Below are positions 1-11,045 of a DNA stretch of 64,000 bases, one piece after another. A program made the translations under genes and the position numbers. The notes under the pieces were generated by a model that saw only the letters and a list, made by a program, of their open reading frames with translations, searched no databases and was not told the origin of the DNA. The DNA is taken from assembly GCA_026936335.1 (NCBI GenBank), contig JAPMXV010000027.1, forward strand, positions 1 to 64,000, given 5' to 3'. This stretch comes from Mantamonas sphyraenae STR306. Its lineage: Eukaryota; Protista; CRuMs. How positions within the stretch are numbered: position 1 is the first letter of the stretch; the number at the start of each line of letters is the position of its first letter.

Positions 1-54
1 CCTAACCCTAACCCTAACCCTAACCCTAACCCTAACCCTAACCCTAACCCTAAC
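1..54 (+). repeat. Telomeric repeat array (CCCTAA)n (TTAGGG type); chromosome left end
   Basis: About 9 perfect CCCTAA units at the very start of the window. Confidence 0.97.
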
Positions 55-327
55 ATTATATTATGTGGATTAGCATTGTTGTGATGGTTCCGGTCTATGT
101 CAAATGAGTTGTGCTTGTGTCTGCTGGCGGGGTGGCTGAGTTGGGTGATGACATGGGGCAGTGGGCATTGGATGGGAGTGGAAATGTTGCTGGTGAGTGG
201 CCATCGTCCTGCAACGCCGCGCAGTCAGTAATTTCCTCCCGCCTTCAACCAAAATATCACCAACACCCACAACTTCCTCCACTAGTCCAACACAATCCAC
301 ATACACTCCACTACCACCGCCACCAAT

Positions 328-3300
328 ATGGACAACGACTACTCAAACACTCCGAAGCAACAACACACACCCAACACCTACCCAGCGTGCGTTCTGCCTT
401 GTACTCCGTTTTCTGACTGCCCGCTTCTTCCGCTTCCTTGCCTCCTCCATGCCTCCGTCGCTTCCCTGCACTTTTCCCCTGCATCTCCACTTCCACATCA
501 CCACCGCTGCTGTCTTCTCTGCCCTTCTCCGATCCCGTCTCCCCTGTCACTGCCCTCCCCGTTGCCAGTTTCCGCGTCTGCCAATCTCCTCCGTTTTCCC
601 TCCCTGCTCGTTCCGGCCTCCCTTCACACCGCTTCTGCCCTGACGGCGTCCATTCCGCCTTCCGCTCACCGGTTCCACACCGCCCTGCCACTACCCGTCT
701 ACCACACAGCTACGGGTACATGGTCGCTCCCATGGCTGCCCAGCCGTTTTCGAACATGCTGCCCGTCTCTGGCGTACAAAACACGTATCCCCAACCACCC
801 GTCATCTGGGTCCCTGTCAACACTCATCCCCAGCAGCACCACGCATATGCTCATCGGGGCCACCCATACTACGCCTACCCTCCTCCGCCGCCTCCTCAGC
901 CGCGACAAACCGCCCAGATGCACTTCGCTCGGCCTCCGTTGCACCGTCCGCCTGCTCAACCCACCACAAACCACAACCGCGTCCCCAAACGCGTCAGCCC
1001 TGCCTTTGTCGGCATCACACGCACCACATCCACCACCACATCGTCGTCCCCCACCCACCAGGCCACACGGCAGACTGGAGACAGCGACGACGACGACGCA
1101 GACCAGGACACGCACACACATGACACCGGCGACGTGGAGGACCTGATGTTTCTCAACTTTGGCCACCGAGAACCACGGTCAATCACCAGCAACTCTGAGT
1201 GGATGACCAGCTCGTGGATGGAGGCGTACGAAGAAGAAGGCGTGGCAAACGACGCAACCCAGCAGCACGTGGACGACGTGTTGGAAACACAGGGTACCTT
1301 CAGCTTTGCAGACACTGATGATTTCATGGATGAGGAGTACATGCCGCAAGAAGACGACGACGATGACACAGACGATATGAAGCAGGAGGACACGGACGAA
1401 TGGCAGCCGAGACACACAAGTCGAGGTCATAGACGAGGCAGAGACCACAACAGCCGTCGTACTGGTCCACAACGATGAAAGGCAGCGGACAGCGCAGGCT
1501 CAGGGTCACGGCTGGCAGTGGCACGGAGACAGGAACATCGAGCACACGGGCAATGAGGGCCAGGAACGGAGACACCGGCGCAAAGAAGGTGTCAGGGGCG
1601 GAGAAGTCGAACAAGTTGCCAGATGATGTCGTGCGCAAAGGATGGTCGATGAACTGGCGCAGTGAAGAGCGCAGCCACAGCAACAACAAGGAGCACACGG
1701 CACTGCTGATACACATGTACACTCTGGCCAACGAGCAACCCATCGACAACATCCTCGACCTCATGACCCTGCAGGCGCGTGTCGTGGTCTGCCATGGCAC
1801 CCTGACCACGCTGGTCCGACAGATCCTGCTCGCTCTGGGCAACATTCCCCTTTCCCAGGGCGACATGGCCTTCTGCCTCACCCTTCTCGGCCGTGACATG
1901 GATCATCAGGCGTGCAGCCTTGCTGTCAACAACGCTGGTCTGGCCATGGGTGTGACAAAGGCTGGGTTGAAGGTGTGCTGGCTGGAGGAGCCACACGACC
2001 ACGGCGACCCCAACTACGCCCTCCTCCATCTGCTCATGACAGAGATGGACACTCTTGGCGACAGGCCCCATCCCACCACCTGGAAGGAGCACGAGCAGAC
2101 CCAGCTGTGGCTGCAGAAAGCACGACGCCCTGCTGACAACAACAGCGACCCACACTGGACACAATGCGACTACGACCGCCACCTCACCACCACCAAGGTG
2201 GACAAGTGGCATCCAGAGTCTGCGCGCAGTGGCTGGAGCAGGGGAACTCCCAGTGACGAGCGTGGCAGCTGCACTGCGCGGGAGTTCCAGACGCTGCTGG
2301 CACACATGAAGGCACGCGCAGCCAAGCACCCTCGCCATGAGCAGGCACACGAGCTCCAGGCACTGCGTGAGCTGATCAACAACGGCAGCCTGATGTCCCT
2401 GCTGCGACACATCATCCTGGCGCTGGGCAACGTTGGCGTGCCGCCTGTCGACCTGGCCTTCTTTGCCCGCCTCCTCAGACCGCACCTCACCTACAAGCAT
2501 GTGCAAGGCGCCATCACCAAAACCCTCACGCGTGGCGTCACCACCCTCTCCCTCAAGATCGCCTGGCTCGACAACCCCCAACCCAGCGACGCCACACTGC
2601 ACACCCTCCTGCACACCCTCATCGACCGCATCACACCTCACATCACCACCCGCCCCACCACCGTCGACGCCGTGAATGGCCTCGACATCCCCGAGCTTGT
2701 CCTACCCGAGACCACAGAGGAGGAGAAGATGGTCGTGGAGGATGGACTGCCAGATGGCGTTGTGCGCAGTGGCTGGACTCACTGGCGCAAGAGCGAGCGC
2801 AGCCGCAGCAACAAGAAGGAGCACACCGCTCTGCTGAACCACATGCACACCCTGGCCAACGAGCATCCCATCGACGACATCCCAGATCTCATGACCCTGC
2901 AGGCGCGTGTTATGGTCTGCCATGGCACCCTGACCACGCTTGTCCGACAGATTCAGCTCGCTCTGGGCAACATTCCCCTCTCCCAGGGCGACATGGCCCT
3001 CTGCCTCACCCTTCTCGGCCATGACATGGATCAACACCCGTGCGGACTCGCCATCCACGACGCTGGTTTGGCCATGGGTGTGACAAAGGCTGGGTTGAAG
3101 GTGTGCTGGCTGGAGGAGCCACACGACCACGGCGACCCCAACTACGCCCTCCTCCACCTGTTCATGACAGAGATGGACACCCTTGGCAACAGGCCCCATC
3201 CCACCACCTGGAAGGAGCACAAGCAGACCCAGCTGTGGCTGCAGAAAGCACGACGCCCTGCTGACAACGACAGCGACCCACACTGGACACAATGCGACTA

Positions 3301-3889
3301 CGACAACCACCTCACCACCAACAAGGTGGATAAGTGGCATCCTATGTCTGTGCGCACTGGCTGGTGCACGACCGCAGACGAGCGTGGCAGCTGCACGGCG
3401 CGGGAGTTCCAGACGCTGCTGGCACACATGAAGGCACGCGCAGCCAAGCACCCTCGCCATCAGCACGCACACGAGAATCAGGCACTGCGTGAGCTGATCA
3501 ACAACGGCAGCCTGATGTCCCTGCTGCGACACATCATCCTTGCGCTGGGCAACGTTGGCGTGCCGCCTGTCGACATGGCCTTCTTTGTCCGCCTCCTCAG
3601 GCCACGTCTCACCTACCAACTAGTTACCAGTGCCATCAGCAACACCCTCACCCGCGGCGTCACCTCCGTCTCCCTCAAGATCGCCTGGCTCGACAAGCCC
3701 AAACCCAGCGACTTCACACTGCACACCCTCCTCCACACCCTCATCGACCGCATCACACCCCACATCACCACCCGACCCACCACAGTCGCACTCGTCAACG
3801 CCTACCCCATCCCCTCCTTCACCCTGCCCAAGCGCAAAGACCCTTCCTCCTCGTCGTCCTCCTCCTCCAAACGCCAACGCCTCGAATGA
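328..3889 (+). CDS. Uncharacterised modular repeat protein, copy 1: Pro/His/Tyr-rich and acidic N-terminus, four putative winged-helix-like modules (A-B-A-B), C-terminal NLS-like PKRK...KRQRLE; 1-bp frameshift near 1472
   Basis: Exon 1 328-386 (MDNDYSNTPKQQHTPNTYPA). A GT..AG intron at 387-709 splices in frame into ORF 438..1478. ORF 1475..3889 follows after a 1-base deficit relative to copy 2 (CCACAACGATGAAA vs CCACAAAAGATGAAA). Confidence 0.75.
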
Positions 3890-4197
3890 ACCACCCTTTC
3901 ATTCTCACACCCTCCTCACTCATTCCCCTCCCCATCCACTCCACCACCCTCTCCATCACCTCATCCGGGAGTGTCACCCACCCTTCCCACCCTCTCTCCT
4001 CCACATACGCCTCCATCCCCCCACACCCAAACATCGCCTCCCCCTCTTCCCCATTCATCACCAACCCCGTCTCTTTAGCCTCGTCCCCCTGTGCACCCCA
4101 CCCATCCCCCTTCAACCAAAACATCACCAACACCCACAACACCCTCCACCAGTCCAACACAATCCACATACACTCCAGCACCACCACCACCGCCACG

Positions 4198-7100
4198 ATG
4201 GACGAAGACTACTCAAGCACTCCGAAGCAACAGCACACACCCAACACCTACCCAGCGTGCGTTCTGCCTTCCACTCCGTTTTCTGACCGCCCGGCTTCTC
4301 CCGCTTCCACGCCTCCTCCATGCCTCTGTCGCTTCCCTCCACTCCTCCCCTGCTTCTGCACTTCCCCATCACCACCGCCGCTGCCTTCTCCGCTCTTCTC
4401 CGATCCCGTCTCCCCTGTCGCTGCCCTCCCCGTTGCCAGTTTCCCGGTCTGCCAATCTCCTCCGTTTTCCCTCTCTGCTCGTTCCAGCCTCCCTCCACCC
4501 CTGCTTCTGCCCTGACGGCGTTCATTCCGCCTTCCGCTCACCGTTCCTACTTCACCTTTCCCCTCCGCGTCTCCCCCACAGCTACGCGTACATGGTCCCT
4601 CCCATGGCTGCCCAGCCGTTTCCGAACATGCTGCCCGCCTCTGGCGTACAAAACCCGTACCAGCATCCACAACCACCCATCATCTTGGTCCCTGTCAACA
4701 CCCATCCCCAGCAGTACCACGCATATGCTCATCAGGGCCACCCATACTACGCCTACCCTCCTCCGCCGCCTCCTCAGCCGCGACAAACCGCCCAGATGCA
4801 CTTCGCTCAGCCTCCGTCGCACCCTCCGCCTGCTCAACCCACCACAAACCACAACCGCGTCCCCAAACGCATCAGCCCTGCCTTTGTCGGCATCACACGG
4901 ACCACATCCACCACCACATCGTCGTCCTCCTCCCACCAGGCCACACGGCAGACTGGAGACAGCGACGACGACGGCGCAGATCATGACACACACACACATG
5001 ACACCGGTGACGTGGAGGACCTGATGTTCCTGGACTTCAGCCATCGTGAACCACGGTCAATCTCCAGCAACTCAGAGTGGAAGACCAGCTCATGGGTGGA
5101 GGCGTACGAAGAAGTCGGCGAGGCAAACGACGCCATCCAGCAGCAAGTGGACGACGAGGTGGGAACTCAGGGCGCACTCAGCTTCGCAGACACTGTTGAT
5201 GCCATGGATGAGGAGTACATGCCACAAGACGACAGCGACGACGACGCAGACGGCATGGAGCAGGAGGACACGGACGAGTGGCAGCCGAGACGCACAAGTA
5301 GAGGCCGCACACGACGACGTAGAGGCCACATCAGCCGTCATACTGGTCCACAAAAGATGAAACCCAGCGGACAGCGCAGGCGCAGGGTCACTACTGGCAG
5401 TGGCACAGAGACAGGAACATCGAGCACACGGGCAAGGAGGGCCAAGAACGGAGACAACGGCGCACGGAAGAAATCAAGCGAAGACAAAACGAACAAGTTG
5501 CCAGATGGAGTTGTGCGCAAAGGGTGGACAGCGAGACACAGCGACGAGCGCATGCACAGTAACAAGAAGGAGCACACGGCACTGCTGAACCACATGCACA
5601 CTCTGGCCAACGAGCATCGAATTGACAACATCCCCGACCTGGTGACCCTGCAGGCGCGTGTTGTGGTCTGCCATGGCACAACGACCACGCTGGTTCGGCA
5701 GATTCAGCTCGCTGTGGGCAACCTTCCCCTCTCCCAAGGCGACATGGCCATGTGCCTCACCCTTCTCGGCCATGATGTGGATCAACAGGCGTGCAGCAAT
5801 GCCATCAAAGACGCTGGTCTGGTCATGGGTGTGACAAAGGCTGGGTTGAAGGTGTGCTGGCTGGAGGAGCCACACGACCACGGCGACCCCAACTACGCCC
5901 TCCTCCACCTGCTCATGACAGAGATGGACACTCTCGGCAACAGGACCCATCCCACCACCTGGAAGGAGCACAAGCAGACCCAGCTGTGGCTGCAGAAAGC
6001 ACGACGCCCTGCTGACAACGACAGCGACCCACACTGGACACAATGCGACTACGACCACCTCCTCACCACCATCAAGATGTACCAGTGGCATCCTGAGTCT
6101 GTGTGCAGTGGCTGGGCAGCGCACAGTCCCAACGACGAGCGTGGCAGCTGCACGGCGCTGGAGTTCCAGACGCTGCTGGCACACATGAAGGCACATGCAG
6201 CCAAGCACCCTCGCCATCAGCACGCGCACGAGCACCAAGCACTGCGTGAGTTGATCAACAACGGCAGCAAGATATCCCTGCTGCGACACATCATGCTGGC
6301 GCTGGGCAACGTTGGCGTGCCGCCTGTCGAGCTGGCCTTCTTTGTCCGCCTCCTCAGGCCACAACTCACCTACCAACTAGTTGCCAGTACCATATGCAAC
6401 ACCCTCACCCGCGGCGTCACCTCCCTGTCCCTCAAGATCGCCTGGCTCGACAACCCCAAACCCAGCGACGCCACACTGCACACCCTCCTCCACACTCTCA
6501 TCGACCGCATCACACCCCACATCACCACCCGTCCCACCACTCCCGCACTCGTCAACGCCCTGTACATCCCCAAGCTTGTTCTACCCAAACCCACAGAGGA
6601 GGAGATGGTGGCCGTGGAGGATGGACTGCCAGATGGCGTTGTGCGCAGTGGCTGGAAGTCCTGGCGCAAGGGCGAGCGCATGCACAGCAACAAGAAGGAG
6701 CACACCGCTCTGCTGAAGCACATGCACTCCCTGTCCAACGACCATCCCATGGACGACATCCCAGACCTTATGACGCTGCAGGCGCGTGTTGTGGTCTGCC
6801 ATGGCACCCTGTTGACGCTTGTCCGACAGATCCAGCTCGCTCTGGGCAACATTCCCCTCTCCCAAGGCGACATGGCCTTCTGCCTCACTCTTCTCGGCCG
6901 TGATGTGGATCAAATGGCGTGCGTCCTTGCCGTCCAGAACGCTGGTCTGGCCATGGGTGTGACAAAGGCTGGGTTGAAGGTGTGCTGGCTGGAGGAGCCA
7001 CACGACCACGGCGACCCCAACTACGCCCTCCTCCACCTGCTCATGACAGAGATGGACTCACTTGGCGACAGGCCCCATCCCACCACCTGGAAGGAGCACA

Positions 7101-7851
7101 AGCAGACCAAGCTGTGGCTGCAGAAAGCACGACGCCCTGCTGACAACGACAGCGACCCACACTGGACACAATGTGACTACGACCACCACCTCACCCCCAC
7201 CGAGGTGGACAAGTGGCATCCCGAGTCTGTGCGCAGTGGCTGGGCAGCGCAGAGAACAAGCGACGAGCGAGGCAGCTGCACGGCACGGGAGTTCCAGACG
7301 CTGCTGGCACACATGGAGGCACGCGCAGCCAAGCACCCTCGCCATCAGCATGCACGCGAGCACCAGGCACTGCGTGAGCTGATCAACAACGGTAACCTGC
7401 AGTCCCTGCTGCGTCACATCATCCTGGCGCTGGGCAACGTTGGCGTGCCGCCTGTCGACCTGGCCTTCTTTGTCCGCCTCCTCAGGCCACAACTCACCTA
7501 CAAGAAGGTTCAACAGGCCATCAGCCTCAACCTCATCCCGTCGACAACCGCCAACCCAGCGCGTCACCTCACCCTCTCCCTCAAAATCGCCTGGCTCGAC
7601 AACCCCAGAGGAGGAGAAGATGGCCGTGGAGGATGGACCCAGCGACGCCACGAGCCTGCACACACCTCCTGCACACCCTCATCGACCGCATCTCACCCCA
7701 CATCACCACCCGCCCCACCACCCATCGAACGCATCACTCGTCAACGCCTACCCCATCAACCCTCCATCCCCTTACCCTCCCCAAGCGCAAAGACCCTTCC
7801 TCCTCCTCCTCCTCCTCCTCCTCCTCCTCCAAACGCCAACGCCTCGAATGA
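4198..7851 (+). CDS. Uncharacterised modular repeat protein, copy 2 (same architecture); last module garbled at ~7530-7790
   Basis: Exon 1 4198-4256, intron 4257-4581, then a long open frame. It ends in the same KRQRLE* (ORF 7633..7851). The 1716-aa ORF is a read-through caused by indels in the last module. Confidence 0.75.
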
Positions 7852-7960
7852 ACCCCCTTCTTTCCACTGCGACCGTGTCGCTCTTTTCGTTCCATACTCT
7901 CGAAATGCAAAGACCTGCCCGCCCCCCCCCCCCCCCCCACCCCCACCCCATCCAAAAAAA

Positions 7961-9241
7961 ATGTCCAGCGAAGACCACGACGCCCCAGAAGAGGACGAAG
8001 AGTTGGACAGCCAGGATGAAGACGTGGAGATGGAATCCCTCCTTGGCATCACGGCTTCCAGCGAGCTCCCGCGTGCCCGTCTACCCACTACCTTGTCCTT
8101 GCCGCGCCGACAAGGCAGGCAACAACGTGGGAAAACGAGATTCGCAATCCCATGTGCAGCGTGGCCTCGCTTGCATCAGCTCCTGCTCGCCGTGGCTCTT
8201 CTCTTTTCCACCCTTATCGTTGTGATCGCTTCATCCGCCCCTGTGGCTGTTGTGCGGGAGCAACCCTTACCGCAGCCGACAACAACTCCGCCGCCGCCTT
8301 CCGTCGCGTCCAGCACTCTTCCACCTGTTCCGATGTGCATCTCCCCGTACGGCACCACCGTCCAGTGGGCTCGCTACCAGAATCAAGATGTCACCGATGT
8401 TGTTGTGCACGCCATCGCTCAAGTCGTCGCTGAAGGCAAGACCACGCTTGCGATCGACGGCGACGACTTTGCCACGTTGTTTTCCAAGGTCCACAACGAC
8501 GCCTTCCCTGGCATCCTCTCAATCCAGTACATCACTCCCTCCTGTGATCACTTTGTGCGCACATGGGACTCGGCTGCGACTGTGGAGCTGCCTGTTGGCA
8601 AGCAGGCCCCCTCCTCCTGCGCGTGGTCTCCGTGCGCGCAGCACTGCACGCCCGGAGCGGCACTCAGCGACACAACGCAGTGCGTGACCCGTGGTGTGTA
8701 CGCAAACACGCTGTGGTGGAGGCGTGCAACCTGCAACGGGTGTGTTCTTGGTGGCCGCTGGACCCGTGTCGGTCACCTGACCCTGGGGCCAGGTTCTCCC
8801 CCTCACCCTCTGTATGGAAACGACACTCAGCACATTCTAGACCTTCTCAGTGGCCACGATGCCATCATAACCTCTCCACAAGGCTACACCGATCTGCGCA
8901 GCACCTTGGGCGACTTCTCCCAGCTCCGCCTCACGTGCGGGAGGGTAGGACAGGGCTCAGCGATGGATATCGTCATTCCCAACAAGGCAGATGTCGACTT
9001 TCTACTCCAAGACAGCTCACTCAATGCTGGAAGTCGGTATGGCTTAATTGTTGACGTTCACCAAAATGGACGACAACGCAACATCTATTTCGAACGCAGA
9101 TACGCTCGCTCTGGTATGGTCAACCTTGTTGATACCTACCTCTCACCATACTATTGGAACATCGCGTACGGAACTCCGCAATGCGCGAACATGTACGCAA
9201 ATTCGTACGGCTTGCAGTGGTCTGTGTACATTCGCCGCTGA
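7961..9241 (+). CDS. Type II membrane protein: acidic N-terminus, one TM helix, Pro/Thr stalk, Cys-containing ectodomain (possible lectin-like and fibrinogen-like parts)
   Basis: ATG at 7961 (MSSEDHDAPEE); TM LLLAVALLFSTLIVVIASS; motifs WARYQNQDVTDVV...FPGILSIQY and GGRWTRVG. Confidence 0.7.
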   Translation: MSSEDHDAPEEDEELDSQDEDVEMESLLGITASSELPRARLPTTLSLPRRQGRQQRGKTRFAIPCAAWPRLHQLLLAVALLFSTLIVVIASSAPVAVVREQPLPQPTTTPPPPSVASSTLPPVPMCISPYGTTVQWARYQNQDVTDVVVHAIAQVVAEGKTTLAIDGDDFATLFSKVHNDAFPGILSIQYITPSCDHFVRTWDSAATVELPVGKQAPSSCAWSPCAQHCTPGAALSDTTQCVTRGVYANTLWWRRATCNGCVLGGRWTRVGHLTLGPGSPPHPLYGNDTQHILDLLSGHDAIITSPQGYTDLRSTLGDFSQLRLTCGRVGQGSAMDIVIPNKADVDFLLQDSSLNAGSRYGLIVDVHQNGRQRNIYFERRYARSGMVNLVDTYLSPYYWNIAYGTPQCANMYANSYGLQWSVYIRR

Positions 9242-9263
9242 TCCCCACAAGCAATACACTCGC

Positions 9264-10772
9264 TCACTCCACCTGCCCTCGCTGAACCACCTCTGCTGGC
9301 TCAAGAGAGACCCCCTGAAATGCCCCCGGGTGCAACCAGACCCCCTTGCCATGAAAAACGTCCACCCACACCACTCTCTGCCACACACCTTGCTCCACCT
9401 CAGCATGCGCCTGCTCCACCTGCTCCCTCTCAAACTCCTTGCCATACTCCTCCAACCACGCAGAGTGCACTTGCTCCCAAGGGCTGTCGGGGATGCCAAA
9501 CCGCTGCAGCAACCCCCGCATGATCTTTTCCACGTTCGGTGTTCGCTCTGCCATCGGTGCTTGCTTCACCATCGCCATCAACAGCAACCGTCTTGCATAA
9601 AGCTCCTGCACCATGGTTTCATCGCAGGCGTGTGCGTCGCATTGGCCGGCCAGACTCGACACCACATTCTCCACCAGCGTCACTGTCTCATCCCCGTCCG
9701 CAAACACCCAAGCTTCCCCCGAGTACCGCACCCACGCGTTTTCCAGTGCCGCCAGATGTGCAGACACCACCGCGGCTGCCCAACTGCTCTCGCTTCCCAG
9801 ATCACAACCCTGCAAAACACGCAGGCTCAGCAGAATCTCGTCTCTCCATCCCATCAACGTCGGTGCATCCATGACAGCCTCCAAAGTGTGCAGCAACTGC
9901 TGCTGCAACGCTGAGCCCCACTCCTGCTGCTTTTGTGCCTGCTCGTAAAGCAGCGATTTGACGAGTCCCTGCTTGCGCGAAATCGCTGCTCGCATGATCT
10001 GCGCGCGCTCGTCCTTGTTGCCCGAAAACAGTTGTTCAAGCAGCAGCAAAGCTGCAATGCGATTGTTCGCTGGACTTTCGTCCAGCGCCGTCAGCGCAAG
10101 AAGCGACTCGAGCACCTCTGCGTCCAACGTCAGCTTCACGCCCGCCACGCTGCACACCCGTGCTGCCAACAGGATCACTGTGCTGTTGTGCGCCAGCACT
10201 GCGTTTTCAAACACTGTCTGCAGCCCCACGCGCAATTCGTCGCTCGCCACAGTTTTTCCGTTGGCGTCGACGCAATCCATCTCATCCAGCCGGCTCCACA
10301 GAGTCATATAGACATTCTCGCTTACCGGCAGCGTGCTCAACACAAGAAGCAGCTGTGATGCTGCCGACGCAACGTCATCTGGAGCCGACATGATTTGCGG
10401 AACCCACACATGCTTCCACGCCCTACTGCTGCTCTCTCCAGTCCTACTGTCCACGTCATCCATGTACGACAACAGTCCAGACATGCTCCAGAAGAAGAGT
10501 GGCATGGCCGTCTCTGTGCTCTGTCCGGCGACGTACCCCGCAATCCAGTTTTCCTCGCTGCCAACGCTCACCTGCACACCAACGAGCAGCACCATGCATC
10601 GCAATGCCTCGCACACAAGCTGTGCAGGTGCTTCCCCTGCATGCATCACGACAAAATGCCTCAGGGCGTCCACCAACGCCAGTGCAAGATCGCCTTCCCC
10701 GTCCTGCGACTCCACATGCTGTCGAAGTGCACCCGCGTCCTGAACGCTCGCCACCAGAGCACTCACGCACAT
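9264..10772 (-). CDS. Hypothetical alpha-helical (ARM/HEAT-like) protein, ~500 aa
   Basis: Long ORF with protein-like Leu/Ala/Glu composition; no family recognised; start uncertain. Confidence 0.6.
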   Translation of the reverse strand: MCVSALVASVQDAGALRQHVESQDGEGDLALALVDALRHFVVMHAGEAPAQLVCEALRCMVLLVGVQVSVGSEENWIAGYVAGQSTETAMPLFFWSMSGLLSYMDDVDSRTGESSSRAWKHVWVPQIMSAPDDVASAASQLLLVLSTLPVSENVYMTLWSRLDEMDCVDANGKTVASDELRVGLQTVFENAVLAHNSTVILLAARVCSVAGVKLTLDAEVLESLLALTALDESPANNRIAALLLLEQLFSGNKDERAQIMRAAISRKQGLVKSLLYEQAQKQQEWGSALQQQLLHTLEAVMDAPTLMGWRDEILLSLRVLQGCDLGSESSWAAAVVSAHLAALENAWVRYSGEAWVFADGDETVTLVENVVSSLAGQCDAHACDETMVQELYARRLLLMAMVKQAPMAERTPNVEKIMRGLLQRFGIPDSPWEQVHSAWLEEYGKEFEREQVEQAHAEVEQGVWQRVVWVDVFHGKGVWLHPGAFQGVSLEPAEVVQRGQVE

Positions 10773-11045
10773 TCGCGTCACCGCAAGAGCGCGTGTCGTC
10801 TGTCCAGCCAGCTCGCTCGATTCGCTTCTCCCTCCCGATCATCCCACGCCCCGAGCAAGCCCAAAGTCGATTTCACTACCACAGCAACGTGTCAGCACGT
10901 GTCCAAAAACACCTCTCTGCCTCTTCATCCCCTCTTCAACCCTTTGTGTCACTCACACTGTCCACAGCCCGTGTTTGCCCGTGTTTGCCCGTGTTTGTGT
11001 CAGAATCCCCTGGGAAATTCTCCCTCTCTCCCCCACCCACCCCAC

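Larger units (their letters stand above)
243..7860 (+). repeat. Subtelomeric tandem duplication, two units of ~3.87 kb, each with an internal ~1.13-kb repeat present twice
   Basis: CTTCAACCAAAA(T/C)ATCACCAACACCCACAAC occurs at ~243 and ~4110. Both units end AAACGCCAACGCCTCGAATGAACC (~3890, ~7852). Internal repeats start at ~1616, ~2747, ~5498 and ~6626. Confidence 0.95.

Noticed and set aside
243-7860. Subtelomeric repeat as a transposon, telomeric retroelement or DGR
   Set aside because: No RT, transposase, integrase, LTR or TIR is recognisable. Variation is not adenine-specific and there is no template repeat.
4091-9241. 1716-aa ORF as a single repeat-plus-membrane protein
   Set aside because: It reads through an intron and the garbled last module. 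Copy 1 shows the true end KRQRLE*, and a separate gene starts at 7961.
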